Source of the DNA: Anaerolineaceae bacterium UBA6105
Lineage (GTDB): Bacteria; Chloroflexota; Anaerolineae; Anaerolineales; Anaerolineaceae
DNA: 64,000 bases
Assembly (NCBI GenBank): GCA_002423495.1
Contig: DIWN01000058.1
Coordinates: 4,080-68,079, forward strand
Direction of reading: 5' to 3'
Made by a program: the position numbers and the translations under genes
Notes under the pieces: model-generated
Told to the model about the DNA's origin: nothing
Databases searched by the model: none
What the model saw: the letters and a program-made list of their open reading frames with translations, nothing else
Shown here: positions 44,289 through 55,662 of the stretch, piece by piece
How positions within the stretch are numbered: the stretch's first letter is position 1
Layout: each line of letters opens with the position of its first letter

Positions 44289-46586
44289 ATGCCAGTCATC
44301 AACAAGCGGATCCACATCACCGGCATCGTGCAGGGTGTGGGCTTCAGACCAACAGTTTACAACCTGGCTAAAAGGTATTCTCTTGCCGGCTGGGTTCTCA
44401 ACAACGCGCATGGCGTGGAGATTGAGCTGCATGGGTCTGAGGTAAATGTGCAGGCTTTCATCAAGGACCTGCAGCAAAACCCGCCGCCGCTTGCGGTGAT
44501 TGACAGCTTCACTGTTGACGACTCTGAAAACCAGGTTTTTGTGGGCTTTCAAATCCGTCACAGTGAGGATGATCCAGCCGACTTTCTGCCCGTTTCACCC
44601 GACTTGAACATTTGCCCGGATTGCCACCGCGAGCTTTTTGACCCATCCAACCGCCGTTATCGCTATCCCTTCATCAACTGCACCAATTGTGGCCCCCGTT
44701 TCTCGATTGTTACTGGCATCCCATACGACCGCCCCAATACCAGCATGGCGGGTTTCGCGCTCTGCCCGGATTGCTCGAAAGAATACCAGGATCCAAGCAA
44801 CCGGCGCTTCCATGCCCAGCCGATTGCCTGCCCGGTTTGCGGTCCGCAGGTCTGGTACGAAGAGCATGGTCAGAAGCTGGCGGAACGTCAAGATGCTATC
44901 CAGGCAGCCCGACAAGCCCTTGCTGAGGGCAAAATTCTGGCTGTAAAAGGCTTGGGTGGCTTTCACCTGGCTTGCGATGCCCAAAACCCGCAAACCCTTG
45001 AAAAATTGCGTTTGCGCAAACGCCGCAGTGGCAAACCCTTTGCTTTGATGGCTTTTGACCTTGAAAAGATAAAGGAGTTTGCCAGCGTCAACCCGGAGGA
45101 GGAAAAACTGCTCACCTCACCCATGGCGCCTGCCGTTTTGCTCGAAACGACTGAAGCCGGTAAAGTATTGGCACGCCTGGTCGCGCCTGATCAAAACCGA
45201 CTGGGCTTCATGCTGCCCTACACGCCACTACATCTTCTGCTGCTGGAACCTGCTGAAGGTTTTCTAAAAGTGCTCGTGATGACCAGCGGGAATCTGAGCG
45301 AAGAACCCATCGCATATTCCAACGCTGAGGCCCAAAGACGCCTTTCAGATCTGGCAGATGGCTTTCTTCTGCATGACCGCCCGATCCACACCCGCATCGA
45401 TGACTCGGTAGTCTCAGTCATTGAAGGCCTTCCTCACATTCAGCGGCGAGCCCGCGGTTATGCGCCTTTACCGCTGCAAATCACCACCAGCACGATTCCA
45501 ACATTGGCTTGCGGCACGGAACTCAAGAACACCTTTTGCCTTGTGCGCGACCGCTACGCTTTCGTCAGCCACCATATTGGAGACCTCGAAAACCAGGAAA
45601 CCCTGACCGCGTTTGAAGATGCCGTCAGGCATTACGAGAATATTTTCCGCATCAAACCGCAGCTCCTGGCTGCCGACATGCACCCCAATTACCTCGCCAG
45701 CCGCTACGCCCATCAACGCTCAGCAGATGAAAACCTGCCCTTGGTTGAGGTGCAGCATCACCATGCCCACATCGTTTCCTGCATGGCAGACAACGGTTTG
45801 AATCAGAAGGAAGCAGTGATTGGCCTGGCATTCGACGGCACGGGTTATGGTACTGATGGCGCTATCTGGGGTGGAGAAGTTCTTATATCGAATTGGGAAA
45901 AATTCGAACGTCCATATCACCTCGAATATGTTTCATTACCAGGCGGTGACGCGGCAGTGCGAAAGCCCGCCCGCATGGCCCTCAGCCTGATCCTCCATGC
46001 CGGCATTAATCCTGAGAGTTACGCTTTCCCCTTCCACCAGTCTCTGGATCAGGATGAGCGCGCAGCAGTCGCAAACCAGGTTCGCACCGGTTTTAATACG
46101 CCAAAAACGAGCAGTCTTGGGCGCCTTTTTGATGGCGTGGCGGCTTTGATCGGTCTCCACCAACAGATCAGTTACGAAGCCCAAAACGCCATCGCGCTTG
46201 AAACTATTGCCGACCCCGAAGAGCAATCCCGCTACGATTTCCCAATCGAAAACGGTCAAATCCTGGTTTCACCTGCGATCCGGACCATTGTTCGGGATAT
46301 CGAACAAAAAACCGCTCCAGCGGTCATTTCTGCCCGCTTTCACAACGGTCTGGCGGATTGTGCCGTGCATGTTTCTGAACAGATCAGAACTCAGACCGGT
46401 TTGCGGCAAGTGGTATTATCCGGTGGAGTGTGGCAAAATAAGATCCTGATCAAGCGAACCATCACCGCGCTCAACGCGTCAGGCTTTGAGATCTTCTGGC
46501 CTCACAAGCTGCCCACCAATGACGGTGGAGTATCATTAGGTCAGGCGCTGGTGGCGCTGGCAGTCAGCGGAAATTTGAAGGAGTAA
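44289..46586 (+). CDS. hypF: carbamoyltransferase HypF
   Basis: Acylphosphatase N-terminus, two CxxC-x18-CxxC zinc fingers, YrdC-like and Kae1-like domains. Confidence 0.9.
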   Translation: MPVINKRIHITGIVQGVGFRPTVYNLAKRYSLAGWVLNNAHGVEIELHGSEVNVQAFIKDLQQNPPPLAVIDSFTVDDSENQVFVGFQIRHSEDDPADFLPVSPDLNICPDCHRELFDPSNRRYRYPFINCTNCGPRFSIVTGIPYDRPNTSMAGFALCPDCSKEYQDPSNRRFHAQPIACPVCGPQVWYEEHGQKLAERQDAIQAARQALAEGKILAVKGLGGFHLACDAQNPQTLEKLRLRKRRSGKPFALMAFDLEKIKEFASVNPEEEKLLTSPMAPAVLLETTEAGKVLARLVAPDQNRLGFMLPYTPLHLLLLEPAEGFLKVLVMTSGNLSEEPIAYSNAEAQRRLSDLADGFLLHDRPIHTRIDDSVVSVIEGLPHIQRRARGYAPLPLQITTSTIPTLACGTELKNTFCLVRDRYAFVSHHIGDLENQETLTAFEDAVRHYENIFRIKPQLLAADMHPNYLASRYAHQRSADENLPLVEVQHHHAHIVSCMADNGLNQKEAVIGLAFDGTGYGTDGAIWGGEVLISNWEKFERPYHLEYVSLPGGDAAVRKPARMALSLILHAGINPESYAFPFHQSLDQDERAAVANQVRTGFNTPKTSSLGRLFDGVAALIGLHQQISYEAQNAIALETIADPEEQSRYDFPIENGQILVSPAIRTIVRDIEQKTAPAVISARFHNGLADCAVHVSEQIRTQTGLRQVVLSGGVWQNKILIKRTITALNASGFEIFWPHKLPTNDGGVSLGQALVALAVSGNLKE

Positions 46587-46588
46587 AT

Positions 46589-46849
46589 ATGTGTCTGGGT
46601 ATTCCTGGTAAAGTCACAAAAATTTATGAACAGGATAGCACTTCTATGGCGTCCGTCGATTTTGACGGGGTGGAACAGGCGATTTGCATTGCCACCACGC
46701 CTGAAGTCGTGCTCGGGCAATACGTTTTGGTGCACGCTGGCTTCGCTTTGAACGTTCTGAGCGACACAGAAGCTGAGGAGACCCTCAAGATACTGCGCGA
46801 TTTGCAGGAATTCAATAACCGCCTGACTGAAGAAGACCAAACCAAATGA
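46589..46849 (+). CDS. hypC: HypC/HupF chaperone
   Basis: [10 protein letters not shown]-terminus. Confidence 0.9.
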   Translation: MCLGIPGKVTKIYEQDSTSMASVDFDGVEQAICIATTPEVVLGQYVLVHAGFALNVLSDTEAEETLKILRDLQEFNNRLTEEDQTK

Positions 46850-47940
46850 CCGAATCACCCACAAACCTGCGGGACGCCTCGCTGACCAAAGCCATCATGG
46901 CTGAAATTCGCCGCATCACGACCCAAGCCTGGAACATTATGGAAATTTGCGGAGGGCAGACGCATGCCATCATGCAATACGGGCTCGACCAACTGCTGCC
47001 CCCTGAAATCACCCTGATCCACGGACCAGGCTGTCCGGTTTGCGTTACCTCACTCCAGGCAATCGAACAAGGTCTTCAGATTGCCTGCCAAAATGAAGTA
47101 ATTTTCACCACTTTTGGCGACATGCTACGCGTGCCTGGCAACCAGGCGGATCTTTTCAGCGCCCGTTCCCAGGGAGCAGACGTACGCGTGGTTTACTCGC
47201 CCTTGGATTCCCTCAAAATTGCCAACGCAAACCCCGACAAACAGGTGGTTTTCTTCGCGATTGGTTTTGAAACCACCGCTCCCACCATCGCCAGCACGAT
47301 TCTAACCGCCAGTAAGTCTGGAATCGATAATTTTTCGATCCTCCCGGCAAATGTCTTGGTGCCGCCGGCGATGCACACTATCCTTTCAAACCCGGCCAAC
47401 CGTGTGCAGGGCTTCCTGGCAGCGGGTCACGTCTGCGCGGTGATGGGTTACCATGAATACCTGCCAATCGCTGAGCAGTACCAAATCCCGATCGTTGTAA
47501 CTGGCTTTGAGCCGGTTGATTTGGCTGCGGGCATCTTGATGACCGTCCAACAGCTCGAATCTGGGCAGCACCAGGTGGCCAACGCCTATCCGCGTTTTGT
47601 TACCCGTGAAGGCAACCAGGTTGCCCAACAAATAATCTCACAGGTTTTTGAACCGGTAGACCGCCAATGGCGCGGCATCGGCACCATCCCGCTTTCAGGG
47701 CTTGGTCTGCGACCGGAATACGCCAACTTCAACGCACTCTCCCGCTTTGAGCTGTCCGAGACACCCCTGAACGAATCGCCGCTCTGCATCGCTGGCAAAG
47801 TGTTAAGTGGGGTTGCCAAACCGCTTGATTGCCCGGCTTTTGGCAAAGATTGCACCCCCACCCACCCGCTTGGCGCACCCATGGTTTCTTCCGAGGGGGC
47901 CTGCGCCGCTTACTACCGCTATCACAGGACGCGCGAATGA
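46846..47940 (+). CDS. hypD: HypD Fe-S maturation protein
   Basis: [22 protein letters not shown] motifs. ATGA overlaps on both sides. Confidence 0.9.
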   Translation: MTESPTNLRDASLTKAIMAEIRRITTQAWNIMEICGGQTHAIMQYGLDQLLPPEITLIHGPGCPVCVTSLQAIEQGLQIACQNEVIFTTFGDMLRVPGNQADLFSARSQGADVRVVYSPLDSLKIANANPDKQVVFFAIGFETTAPTIASTILTASKSGIDNFSILPANVLVPPAMHTILSNPANRVQGFLAAGHVCAVMGYHEYLPIAEQYQIPIVVTGFEPVDLAAGILMTVQQLESGQHQVANAYPRFVTREGNQVAQQIISQVFEPVDRQWRGIGTIPLSGLGLRPEYANFNALSRFELSETPLNESPLCIAGKVLSGVAKPLDCPAFGKDCTPTHPLGAPMVSSEGACAAYYRYHRTRE

Positions 47941-49007
47941 CTCAACCAGAGATGCCCATTCTCGAAAGCCCCAACTGTCCGCTCCCCATCGCTGATCGGG
48001 GTCAGATCGTACTCGGTCATGGAAGCGGTGGGTTGATGACTCACGATCTCATTCGCGATGTCTTCCAGAGCCGTCTTTCCAACCTTATCCTCAACAGTGC
48101 TAATGACGCAGCAAAGATCACAGAAGCGCCTCCTGGAAAACACCTGGTAATCTCAACCGATGCGCACATCATTTTCCCCCTCTTTTTTGCGGGAGGAGAT
48201 ATCGGTCGCCTGGCAGTTTGCGGTACGGTGAATGATGTCGCGATGCTCGGCGCGGAACCGCGTTTCCTGACAGCCACCTTCATCCTCGAAGAAGGTTTCG
48301 CGATCAATGAACTTGAAATGGTTATCGATTCCTTTGCCGAAGCCTGCCAGGAAGCCGGCGTGGAGTTGATCGCAGCTGATACCAAGGTCACCGAAAAAGG
48401 GAAGTCCGACAAGCTCTTCATCAGCACCACCGGCTTTGGTTGGGCAGATAGCAATCTCCGGATTGGAGGAGAACAGGCCAAACCGGGCGACGCGGTCATC
48501 ATTTCAGGGCCGGTTGGCAACCACGGCGTCGCGGTGGCTGAGGCACGCGGCAACCTGGGCTTTTCCAGCCAGGTGCGCTCGGATATCGCCCCGCTCAACC
48601 ACATGGTTAAGGCACTTTTGGACGCCGGTTTGGATGTGCACGTGCTGCGTGACCCGACCCGCGGAGGGCTGGCAACCACCCTGGTGGAAATCGCCCGTCA
48701 GAGCGGGGTTAATATCGAATTGGATGAGGAAAAAATCCCTGTCGACAAGCCGGTGCTCAAAACCTGCGAACTATTGGGGCTCGATCCACTATACATGGCC
48801 AATGAAGGCAAGCTGATCCTGATCTTGCCTACAAACCAGGCTGAAGACGCTCTGCGCATCATGCGCAGCACGCTTTATGGCGAGCAAGCCAGGTTGATTG
48901 GGCAGGTACTTGAACCCTCGAAAGGACAGATTTGGCTCAAAACACCCTTTGGGACCACCCGGGTTCTCGAGATGCTCGCCGGCGAGATGCTGCCGCGCAT
49001 TTGTTGA
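47937..49007 (+). CDS. hypE: HypE carbamoyl dehydratase
   Basis: PurM-like fold and C-terminal PRIC. Start at ATG 47937 overlaps the hypD stop (the track start 47829 lies inside hypD). Confidence 0.9.
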   Translation: MTQPEMPILESPNCPLPIADRGQIVLGHGSGGLMTHDLIRDVFQSRLSNLILNSANDAAKITEAPPGKHLVISTDAHIIFPLFFAGGDIGRLAVCGTVNDVAMLGAEPRFLTATFILEEGFAINELEMVIDSFAEACQEAGVELIAADTKVTEKGKSDKLFISTTGFGWADSNLRIGGEQAKPGDAVIISGPVGNHGVAVAEARGNLGFSSQVRSDIAPLNHMVKALLDAGLDVHVLRDPTRGGLATTLVEIARQSGVNIELDEEKIPVDKPVLKTCELLGLDPLYMANEGKLILILPTNQAEDALRIMRSTLYGEQARLIGQVLEPSKGQIWLKTPFGTTRVLEMLAGEMLPRIC

Positions 49008-49021
49008 ATTTGGAAGCACAC

Positions 49022-49948
49022 ATGTTGCCCCTTCGTCCCAAGTTCGCGATCATTTTCTGGCTTCTCATTCTCTTCCTGTCGGCATGCCAGACAAACACAT
49101 CACCCGTAGCCCCCACTTCTGAGCCCACAACCGTCATTCCAGCCACGCCAACCCTGATCCTTCCCACTAAGATCCTTGCCAGCCAGACTCCTTCAGCGAC
49201 CCCCTCACCGACAGCTGTCATGACTGCTTTGGCAGATTTCTCCAACCTTGAGAGTGAGCTGATTGAAGGCGTGGATTGGTTCATTCTAGTCCAGGATGCC
49301 AACAGCGACGAAATCCTTTTTGAACGCAACCCCGACACCTCTTTTCCCCCTGCTTCGTTGATCAAAATCCCGACCGCCATGGCAGTGCTGAGCATCCTTG
49401 AAGACCAGGGTCGTACGCTTGAAGAATTGAAAACCTACGGCATTTCAGATCGCAACTTTGATAGTCTGCTCGAAGCCATGGTCGTTTACAGCGAGGAATC
49501 CGCTGCCGAAGCGCTGGAATACTTTGCCCGGGGAGATAACCAACTGCGGAAAAAACTAGACGCCTGGGGATTGACCAACACCAAGTATGACCCCCGCACC
49601 AGCACCTCCAGCGAACTCCTGGCCTCCCTGGAGTTGTTAAACACAGGAGCGGCACTTAACGAGGAAAACAGCCAGTACTTGCTGAATTTGATGGGTTCCT
49701 ATACCGAGAACGATCAAATCCTGCTGGGAAAGCTACTAGATCAATTGCCGGATTGTGCTTTTCTCAATAAACGGGGAACGATGCTTGGTCCAACCATCGT
49801 TTCGGACATGGGCATCCTGATGTGCGGCGAGCGCGGCTGGTATTTGGTAGTTGCCGGCACGCCCGCAGTTGATTCCCAGGCTACCTTTGAGGACATCCAG
49901 GCCTCCATTGAAGCCTTCGCCGTTGCCTTCGCCAGCCTGGTGAAGTAG
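49022..49948 (+). CDS. lipoprotein, class A beta-lactamase-related serine hydrolase
   Basis: Lipobox LFLSAC after a hydrophobic leader, P/T/S-rich linker, SLIK (SxxK) motif. Confidence 0.55.
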   Translation: MLPLRPKFAIIFWLLILFLSACQTNTSPVAPTSEPTTVIPATPTLILPTKILASQTPSATPSPTAVMTALADFSNLESELIEGVDWFILVQDANSDEILFERNPDTSFPPASLIKIPTAMAVLSILEDQGRTLEELKTYGISDRNFDSLLEAMVVYSEESAAEALEYFARGDNQLRKKLDAWGLTNTKYDPRTSTSSELLASLELLNTGAALNEENSQYLLNLMGSYTENDQILLGKLLDQLPDCAFLNKRGTMLGPTIVSDMGILMCGERGWYLVVAGTPAVDSQATFEDIQASIEAFAVAFASLVK

Positions 49949-50060
49949 CAGTCTGGCTTGAGATGAAATTTCACTCCGGCGCCACCCTTACCTCCAGCTT
50001 GAAACTTGCCCATCCGCAATGTATACTTAGATGAACATTTGACACAACAATGAGGAAACT

Positions 50061-50861
50061 ATGAAAATTGATTTTCAGGAAACCACCGACGACCTTGCCA
50101 AACGCATTGACATTCACAGTCGTTTCGGCTCAAAAGATATTGACGCATGGATGCTGGATGTGCTCAACCTGCAGCCCGGAATCAAAATCCTGGATGTTGG
50201 CTGCGGCTCTGGCAAGCAGTGTTTCTCTTTTTTCCACCATTTGAATGGAAACGCAGAGATCACCGGCACAGACGTATCCGAATCTCTGCTTGCTGACGCC
50301 CGCGAAAAGAACAAGGCTATTGATAACGCCGTGGATTTCAGGCATCTTGACTTCAACCAGGAGTTCGACCTGCCCTCAGATCACTTTGATCTGATCTCTG
50401 CCTGCTTTGCTATTTACTACGCGCAAGACATTCCCTTCACCCTGGGTGAAATGCACCGCGTACTAAAACCAGGCGGACGCCTCTTCACAACCGGTCCCAT
50501 GCCCACCAACAAACAGGTTTTCTACGATATCATCCGCGAAGCCACCGGCAAACCCATCCCCCCCATGCCCGGTAGTTCGCGCTACGAATCTGGTATCTAC
50601 GCTACCATGCAGGATCTCTTCAATAAAACTGAACAGCATATTTTCGAAAACCCGCTGACCTTCGAATCAGTGGAGCCTTTCATGGTTTACACCCGTGCCT
50701 CAATGTCTGAAGATCGCCGTTTATGGAATTCTCTCTTTCAGACCCACGACGAGTTCGAAATTGTCATGAACCAGATTGAAGAGGTCGCTCAAAAACGTCT
50801 TGAGGCTGATGGCAGTCTTGTGATGACTAAAGTCGTTGGCGGCTTCATCGCCACAAAGTAG
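50061..50861 (+). CDS. class I SAM-dependent methyltransferase
   Basis: ILDVGCGSGKQ motif I, LKPGGRL post-II region. Confidence 0.8.
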   Translation: MKIDFQETTDDLAKRIDIHSRFGSKDIDAWMLDVLNLQPGIKILDVGCGSGKQCFSFFHHLNGNAEITGTDVSESLLADAREKNKAIDNAVDFRHLDFNQEFDLPSDHFDLISACFAIYYAQDIPFTLGEMHRVLKPGGRLFTTGPMPTNKQVFYDIIREATGKPIPPMPGSSRYESGIYATMQDLFNKTEQHIFENPLTFESVEPFMVYTRASMSEDRRLWNSLFQTHDEFEIVMNQIEEVAQKRLEADGSLVMTKVVGGFIATK

Positions 50862-50866
50862 GCAAT

Positions 50867-51511
50867 ATGAAAAACATGACCTTTTATGGTGCGTCGCTGC
50901 TGTTTCTGGGAGCTCACCCGGACGACATTGAGCTTGGCTGTGGTGCTTTCATTTCTGACATGGTTGGCAAGGCTGACATCCATTGCATGACATTTTCAGA
51001 TAACCAGAAGAACCCTGATCTAAAACATCTTGTCAGTGAACATTACGACAGCATGCACCAGCTTGGTCTTACAGATGATCAAATCGAGCTTGGGCAGTTT
51101 GAAACCCGCCGTTTTCCAGATTTAAGGCAGGAAATCCTCGAGAAGATGCTGGAACTTCGACGCCAATACCAGCCGGAGATCGTTTTTGTCCACACCTCGC
51201 AGGACATCCACCAGGATCACCAAACCATCACCCAGGAAGCCACGCGCGCTTTCCGCGGCACAACCGTTTTGGGTTTTGACGTTCTTCGCAGCAGTTATGG
51301 CTTCTTCCCGCACTTTCTGGCAGAAGTCTCAGAGCAAGCCGTTGAGAACAAAATTGCGGCACTGAACAAATACAAGACCTATTCCGACCGCTACTATTTT
51401 TCTCCCGACATTATGCGCGCCACCGCCATCCGCCATGGCGCCCTCGCTGAGCGGCCCTTTGCCGAAGGTTTCGATATCATTCGTATTGTTGGCGCATTTG
51501 GAAAAATGTAA
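50867..51511 (+). CDS. PIG-L/LmbE family deacetylase
   Basis: GAHPDDIELGCG and HQDH metal-site motifs. Confidence 0.8.
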   Translation: MKNMTFYGASLLFLGAHPDDIELGCGAFISDMVGKADIHCMTFSDNQKNPDLKHLVSEHYDSMHQLGLTDDQIELGQFETRRFPDLRQEILEKMLELRRQYQPEIVFVHTSQDIHQDHQTITQEATRAFRGTTVLGFDVLRSSYGFFPHFLAEVSEQAVENKIAALNKYKTYSDRYYFSPDIMRATAIRHGALAERPFAEGFDIIRIVGAFGKM

Positions 51512-51526
51512 CAAAAGAAAAAATAC

Positions 51527-51564
51527 AAAAAGAGGTTGATTTTCTCAAATCAACCTCTTTTTTC
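51527..51564. terminator. bidirectional intrinsic terminator between convergent genes
   Basis: AAAAAGAGGTTGATTT-TCTC-AAATCAACCTCTTTTTT. Confidence 0.8.
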
Positions 51565-51604
51565 TTAATTGTAAATCCGATTACACTGCTGCTTTACAAA
51601 ATCA

Positions 51605-51931
51605 CTACAGGTTCGCCACTTTGGCATTGATGTCCGATTTTCTCGAACGCGGTGATTTGTATGGGCGTACATTGGCCGAGTCATACGGAAACCAGAGAAT
51701 CTTATCGGGCACCATCCAACCATCCGTCAGATAGATGCTTTCTTTAAACTGCACAGCCAGGAGTTTGTTTTCGACTTGCACCACAGTGCCCCTCAACCAA
51801 CCCCGGATACGCTGGCCAGCTTTATCAATATGATCGCAATTCACTTCCACACGATCACCAACTTCATACACCCTTTCCTCTTCTGGAGGTCGCATGTAGT
51901 TCCCGCTCTTCATCATAATTAGCTCCTTCAA
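51605..51931 (-). CDS. hypothetical protein coupled to sufD (possible small beta-barrel fold)
   Basis: The ORF starts 3 nt after the sufD stop. No family recognised. Confidence 0.5.
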   Translation of the reverse strand: MKELIMMKSGNYMRPPEEERVYEVGDRVEVNCDHIDKAGQRIRGWLRGTVVQVENKLLAVQFKESIYLTDGWMVPDKILWFPYDSANVRPYKSPRSRKSDINAKVANL

Positions 51932-51934
51932 TTG

Positions 51935-53227
51935 TTAGCTTGCCTCAAACTTCTTTATCAGGCGTTCGCCTAATTTATTTCTTGTCTTTTCGTCAGGAAT
52001 TTGCTCGATTATCTCGGCAAAAAACCCTTCCACAATCAGCCTTTCAGCTTCAACGAGCGGTATTCCCCGGGCTTGCAGGTAAAACAGTTCTGTCGCGTCG
52101 ATGCTGCCAACCGTAGCGCCATGCGAGCAGCTGACATCATCAGCACAAATCTCAAGCCCGGGAATAGACTTGATCTCGGATTGCTCCCCTAAAAGAAGGT
52201 TCTGATTGGATTGATAACCGTCCGACTTTTGTGCAACAGGATCCACGTAGATCATCCCGCGCCAGATTGCTTCGCCATTGCCAATTGCAGCCCCTCTGAA
52301 AAGCAGGTTACTCTTAGTATGCGGTGCGAGGTGATTCTGGACGGTGTCCACGTTGACCTTTTGCCCTTCAGCAGGAAAATAAACACCCCTAACCTCAGCT
52401 TCCGCGCCTTCGCCTTCAAGGTTCACTTCCAAACTTTGCTTAACAAGGGTAGTCGCGCAGGCATCGTAAATCCAATCCAACTTCGCTCCACGTTCAAGCC
52501 TTGCCTGGTTGTAGCACAGGTTGGTAACTTCCTGCTCGAAGATGGAAACATCCGTAAGGTGCAAAAGCGCGTCTTCCTCGAGCACCAGGTCTGTCTTTGC
52601 CAGGTGGAACAAGCTCTCCGTCATTGATTTTGAGTTACTCTGCACATTCAAAACAAGTTTAAGCTCCGCGCCGGGTTCAAGCCAGATGAGTGAACGTAAT
52701 ACGTTCATCCCCGGTTTGATCTCGCCTTGCAAGTTTGCCACGGCAAGCCTCTCCAGCTTTACTCCCCGTGGAACAAACACAAACAGACCTTCCCTTGCCA
52801 ATGCTTCCGCAAGGGCTTGAAACTTGTCTGTTGAAGGGCGATTTAAGCGCTGCAGCAGGCGGGCAATCAGCTCAGGATAGCGCTGCAGTCCATCTTTGAA
52901 AGTGGTGATCACCAGCCCTTGTGGCAAAACAAATTCCTGCTCGGATTCTTCTTTTCCATCCGAAATAAATTTGACTTCCAGGTCAAATTCTGGCTCTGTC
53001 CAGACTTGAGCATCCGCGAGTCCTAATTGCGAGAAGTCCAGCCAGCGCCATTTTTCGAGCTTGATATGAGGCATTGGCAGCTCTGATGCCATCTGCCAGG
53101 CGGGTTCCAGGGCTTCCAACAGCTCGCTTTGAAGACCGACGTTTCCTTGTTCGAATGCAGTTTCCCACTGAGGCGGGTTTTGCTCAATGCCAAAAACGGA
53201 ACGGTAAGTTACTTTAGGATCATGCAT
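51935..53227 (-). CDS. sufD: Fe-S cluster assembly protein SufD
   Basis: SufB/D beta-helix core and C-terminal LFYLQARGI...EGFF. Confidence 0.85.
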   Translation of the reverse strand: MHDPKVTYRSVFGIEQNPPQWETAFEQGNVGLQSELLEALEPAWQMASELPMPHIKLEKWRWLDFSQLGLADAQVWTEPEFDLEVKFISDGKEESEQEFVLPQGLVITTFKDGLQRYPELIARLLQRLNRPSTDKFQALAEALAREGLFVFVPRGVKLERLAVANLQGEIKPGMNVLRSLIWLEPGAELKLVLNVQSNSKSMTESLFHLAKTDLVLEEDALLHLTDVSIFEQEVTNLCYNQARLERGAKLDWIYDACATTLVKQSLEVNLEGEGAEAEVRGVYFPAEGQKVNVDTVQNHLAPHTKSNLLFRGAAIGNGEAIWRGMIYVDPVAQKSDGYQSNQNLLLGEQSEIKSIPGLEICADDVSCSHGATVGSIDATELFYLQARGIPLVEAERLIVEGFFAEIIEQIPDEKTRNKLGERLIKKFEAS

Positions 53228-53231
53228 TTGC

Positions 53232-54647
53232 TTATCCTACCGATCCGACCATCTGCAATTGAACCAAGCGGTTCATCTCGACAGCGTATTCCATGGGCAA
53301 TTCTTTCACCAATGGTTCAATAAAACCCGAAACTACCATGGTCGTGGCTTCTTCATCGCTGAGTCCACGGCTGTTGAGGTAGAAAAGCTGCTCCTCACCG
53401 ATTTTGCTGACCGTCGCTTCGTGACCAATTGTCACATCTTTCGAACCGCTTTCAATCGTCGGATAGGTATCCGAGCGTGAAGTCGGGTCAAGCAGAAGCG
53501 CGTCGCAAACCACGTTTGATTTAATATTCTTGAGCCCCCTGGCTACCTTCACCAGTCCCCGATACGAGGATTGTCCATCGCCTCTCGAAATGGACTTGGA
53601 AGTGATCTTGCTGCTGGTGTTATCCGCAAAGTGGACCATCTTTGCTCCCGCATCCTGAACCTGCCCCGGTCCAGCAAATGCCACTGAGAGCATTTCCCCA
53701 TGGGCGCCTTCACCACGCAGGAAACAGGCTGGATATTTCATGGTCACTTTTGAGCCCAGGTTGGCATCCACCCACTCCATCGTCCCGTTCTCCCAAACCG
53801 AAGCACGCTGCGTTACCAGGTTATAGACATTGGAAGACCAGTTTTGAATGGTGGTATAACGCACCCTGGCATCGCGTTTGACCACGATCTCGATAACACC
53901 GCTATGGAAAGATTCTGTCGTATACAAAGGCGCCGTGCAGCCCTCAACGTAATGGACCTGCGCGCCTTCATCCGCAATGATCAGCGAGCGCTCAAACTGC
54001 CCCATGCTGGCATTATTCAACCGGAAATAGGCCTGCAGTGGTAAATCCACTTTTACCCCTTTAGGCACATAAACGAAGGAACCACCCGACCAAACCGCGC
54101 TGTTGAGTGCCGCGAACTTGTTATCCTGGATCGGTACCACCGTTGAGAAATATTCGCGGAACAATTCCGGATATTGCTTGAGTCCGTTCTCGATGCTGAG
54201 GAAGATCACCCCTTGTTTCTCCAGCGCTTCCTGTATGTGATGGTAGACCATTTCCGAGTCGTACTGCGCGCCAACACCCGCAAGGAATTTCTGTTCAGCT
54301 TCGGGAATACCCAGCTTATCAAAAGTGGTCTTGATCGTTTCGGGCACGTCTTCCCAGGATTTTTGATCAATCTGTTCTGGACGAACGTAATAGTAAATAT
54401 TGTCAAGATTCAAACCACTCAGATCCGGACCCCAGGTGGGCATTGGTCGTTGGATGTAGTGCTTATAGGCCTTCAAGCGAAATTTCAGCATCCACTCAGG
54501 CTCTTCTTTGTAGGCTGAGATCTGACGGACTACATCTTCTGATAAGCCTCTTTGGCTTTTGAAAGAGGATGTTTCCGGGTCATGAAAGCCGTAGTGATAA
54601 TCGCTGCCCAGTTCGTTCAGGAATTCGCTACGAGGTACATCAGCCAT
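53232..54647 (-). CDS. sufB: Fe-S cluster assembly scaffold SufB
   Basis: Full-length SufB similarity; [10 protein letters not shown]...GFIEPL. Start at ATG 54647 overlaps the sufC stop by 8 nt (the track start 54704 lies inside sufC). Confidence 0.9.
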   Translation of the reverse strand: MADVPRSEFLNELGSDYHYGFHDPETSSFKSQRGLSEDVVRQISAYKEEPEWMLKFRLKAYKHYIQRPMPTWGPDLSGLNLDNIYYYVRPEQIDQKSWEDVPETIKTTFDKLGIPEAEQKFLAGVGAQYDSEMVYHHIQEALEKQGVIFLSIENGLKQYPELFREYFSTVVPIQDNKFAALNSAVWSGGSFVYVPKGVKVDLPLQAYFRLNNASMGQFERSLIIADEGAQVHYVEGCTAPLYTTESFHSGVIEIVVKRDARVRYTTIQNWSSNVYNLVTQRASVWENGTMEWVDANLGSKVTMKYPACFLRGEGAHGEMLSVAFAGPGQVQDAGAKMVHFADNTSSKITSKSISRGDGQSSYRGLVKVARGLKNIKSNVVCDALLLDPTSRSDTYPTIESGSKDVTIGHEATVSKIGEEQLFYLNSRGLSDEEATTMVVSGFIEPLVKELPMEYAVEMNRLVQLQMVGSVG

Positions 54648-55422
54648 TGCCGTTTTCCGACTCCCCGTAGACCTCACGAATCCAGTCATAACCGCTCTCT
54701 TCAAGTTTCAGCGCAAGTGCTGCCTGACCTGTTTCGACGATTCTGCCTTGATACATAATGTGAACGAAGTCTGGCTTCAAGAAATTCAACATGCGCTGAT
54801 AATGGGTTATCACCAATACGCCAAGCTTATCACCCACGAGTGAGTTGACGCCTTCAGAAACGATACGCACAGCGTCGATGTCCAAACCGCTATCCGTCTC
54901 ATCAAGGATTCCGAATTTTGGCTCAAGCATTGCCAGCTGTAGGATCTCAGCGCGCTTTTTCTCCCCTCCAGAAAAGCCCTCATTCAAATAACGCGCAGCA
55001 AAGGAATAATCCATCCCCAAAAAATCCATCTTTGCTTTCATCGCTTTACGAAAAGCCACCAGTGACATGCCTTTTGAATCTGGATCGGCTGCTTTCAGCT
55101 TGGAATTAACGGCTACACGCAAAAAATTAGCCAATGTGACTCCGCTGATGGAAACTGGATATTGAAAAGCTAAAAAGAGACCCCTGTTCGCTCTTTGGTC
55201 AGTCGAAAGACCAAGAATGCTCTCACCATCCAGCAGGATATCTCCGCTCGTGATTTTATAGCGGGGGTGACCCATGATGGCATAGGATAGCGTTGATTTA
55301 CCCGTTCCGTTTGGCCCCATCAGAGCGTGAATTTCGCCTTGTCTCATAGTCAAATTGAAGCCTTTGAGGATCTCATTCCCATTAACTTCAACATGCAGGT
55401 TTTTGATTTGTATGCTCGCCAT
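54640..55422 (-). CDS. sufC: Fe-S cluster assembly ATPase SufC
   Basis: GPNGTGKST Walker A, FSGGEKKR signature, [10 protein letters not shown] Walker B. Confidence 0.9.
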   Translation of the reverse strand: MASIQIKNLHVEVNGNEILKGFNLTMRQGEIHALMGPNGTGKSTLSYAIMGHPRYKITSGDILLDGESILGLSTDQRANRGLFLAFQYPVSISGVTLANFLRVAVNSKLKAADPDSKGMSLVAFRKAMKAKMDFLGMDYSFAARYLNEGFSGGEKKRAEILQLAMLEPKFGILDETDSGLDIDAVRIVSEGVNSLVGDKLGVLVITHYQRMLNFLKPDFVHIMYQGRIVETGQAALALKLEESGYDWIREVYGESENGNG

Positions 55423-55455
55423 TATGTCCTGATTTTCGTTAGAATTTATCGGTCA

Positions 55456-55484
55456 ATTGTAGCACGCAGGCTCTTGAAAGTCAA
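55456..55484 (-). promoter_or_regulatory. sigma-70 promoter candidate for sufCBD
   Basis: TTGACT-N17-TACAAT on the minus strand. The -35 lies inside the palindrome TTGACTTTCAA. Confidence 0.5.
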
Positions 55485-55662
55485 TTTTTTATAATATACC
55501 TTAACTTATTAACATTTCTACTTATACCTTCGACAGACCGCAGCCGGGCCGTGCTGCATGAGATATACTAATTCTTAGTAGCAGAGTTATTTATTTTTTA
55601 CATGTGGCTATCCAATCAAAGCCCATTCTGGGTTAATTAACAATAATTTAAGGAGACAAGAA

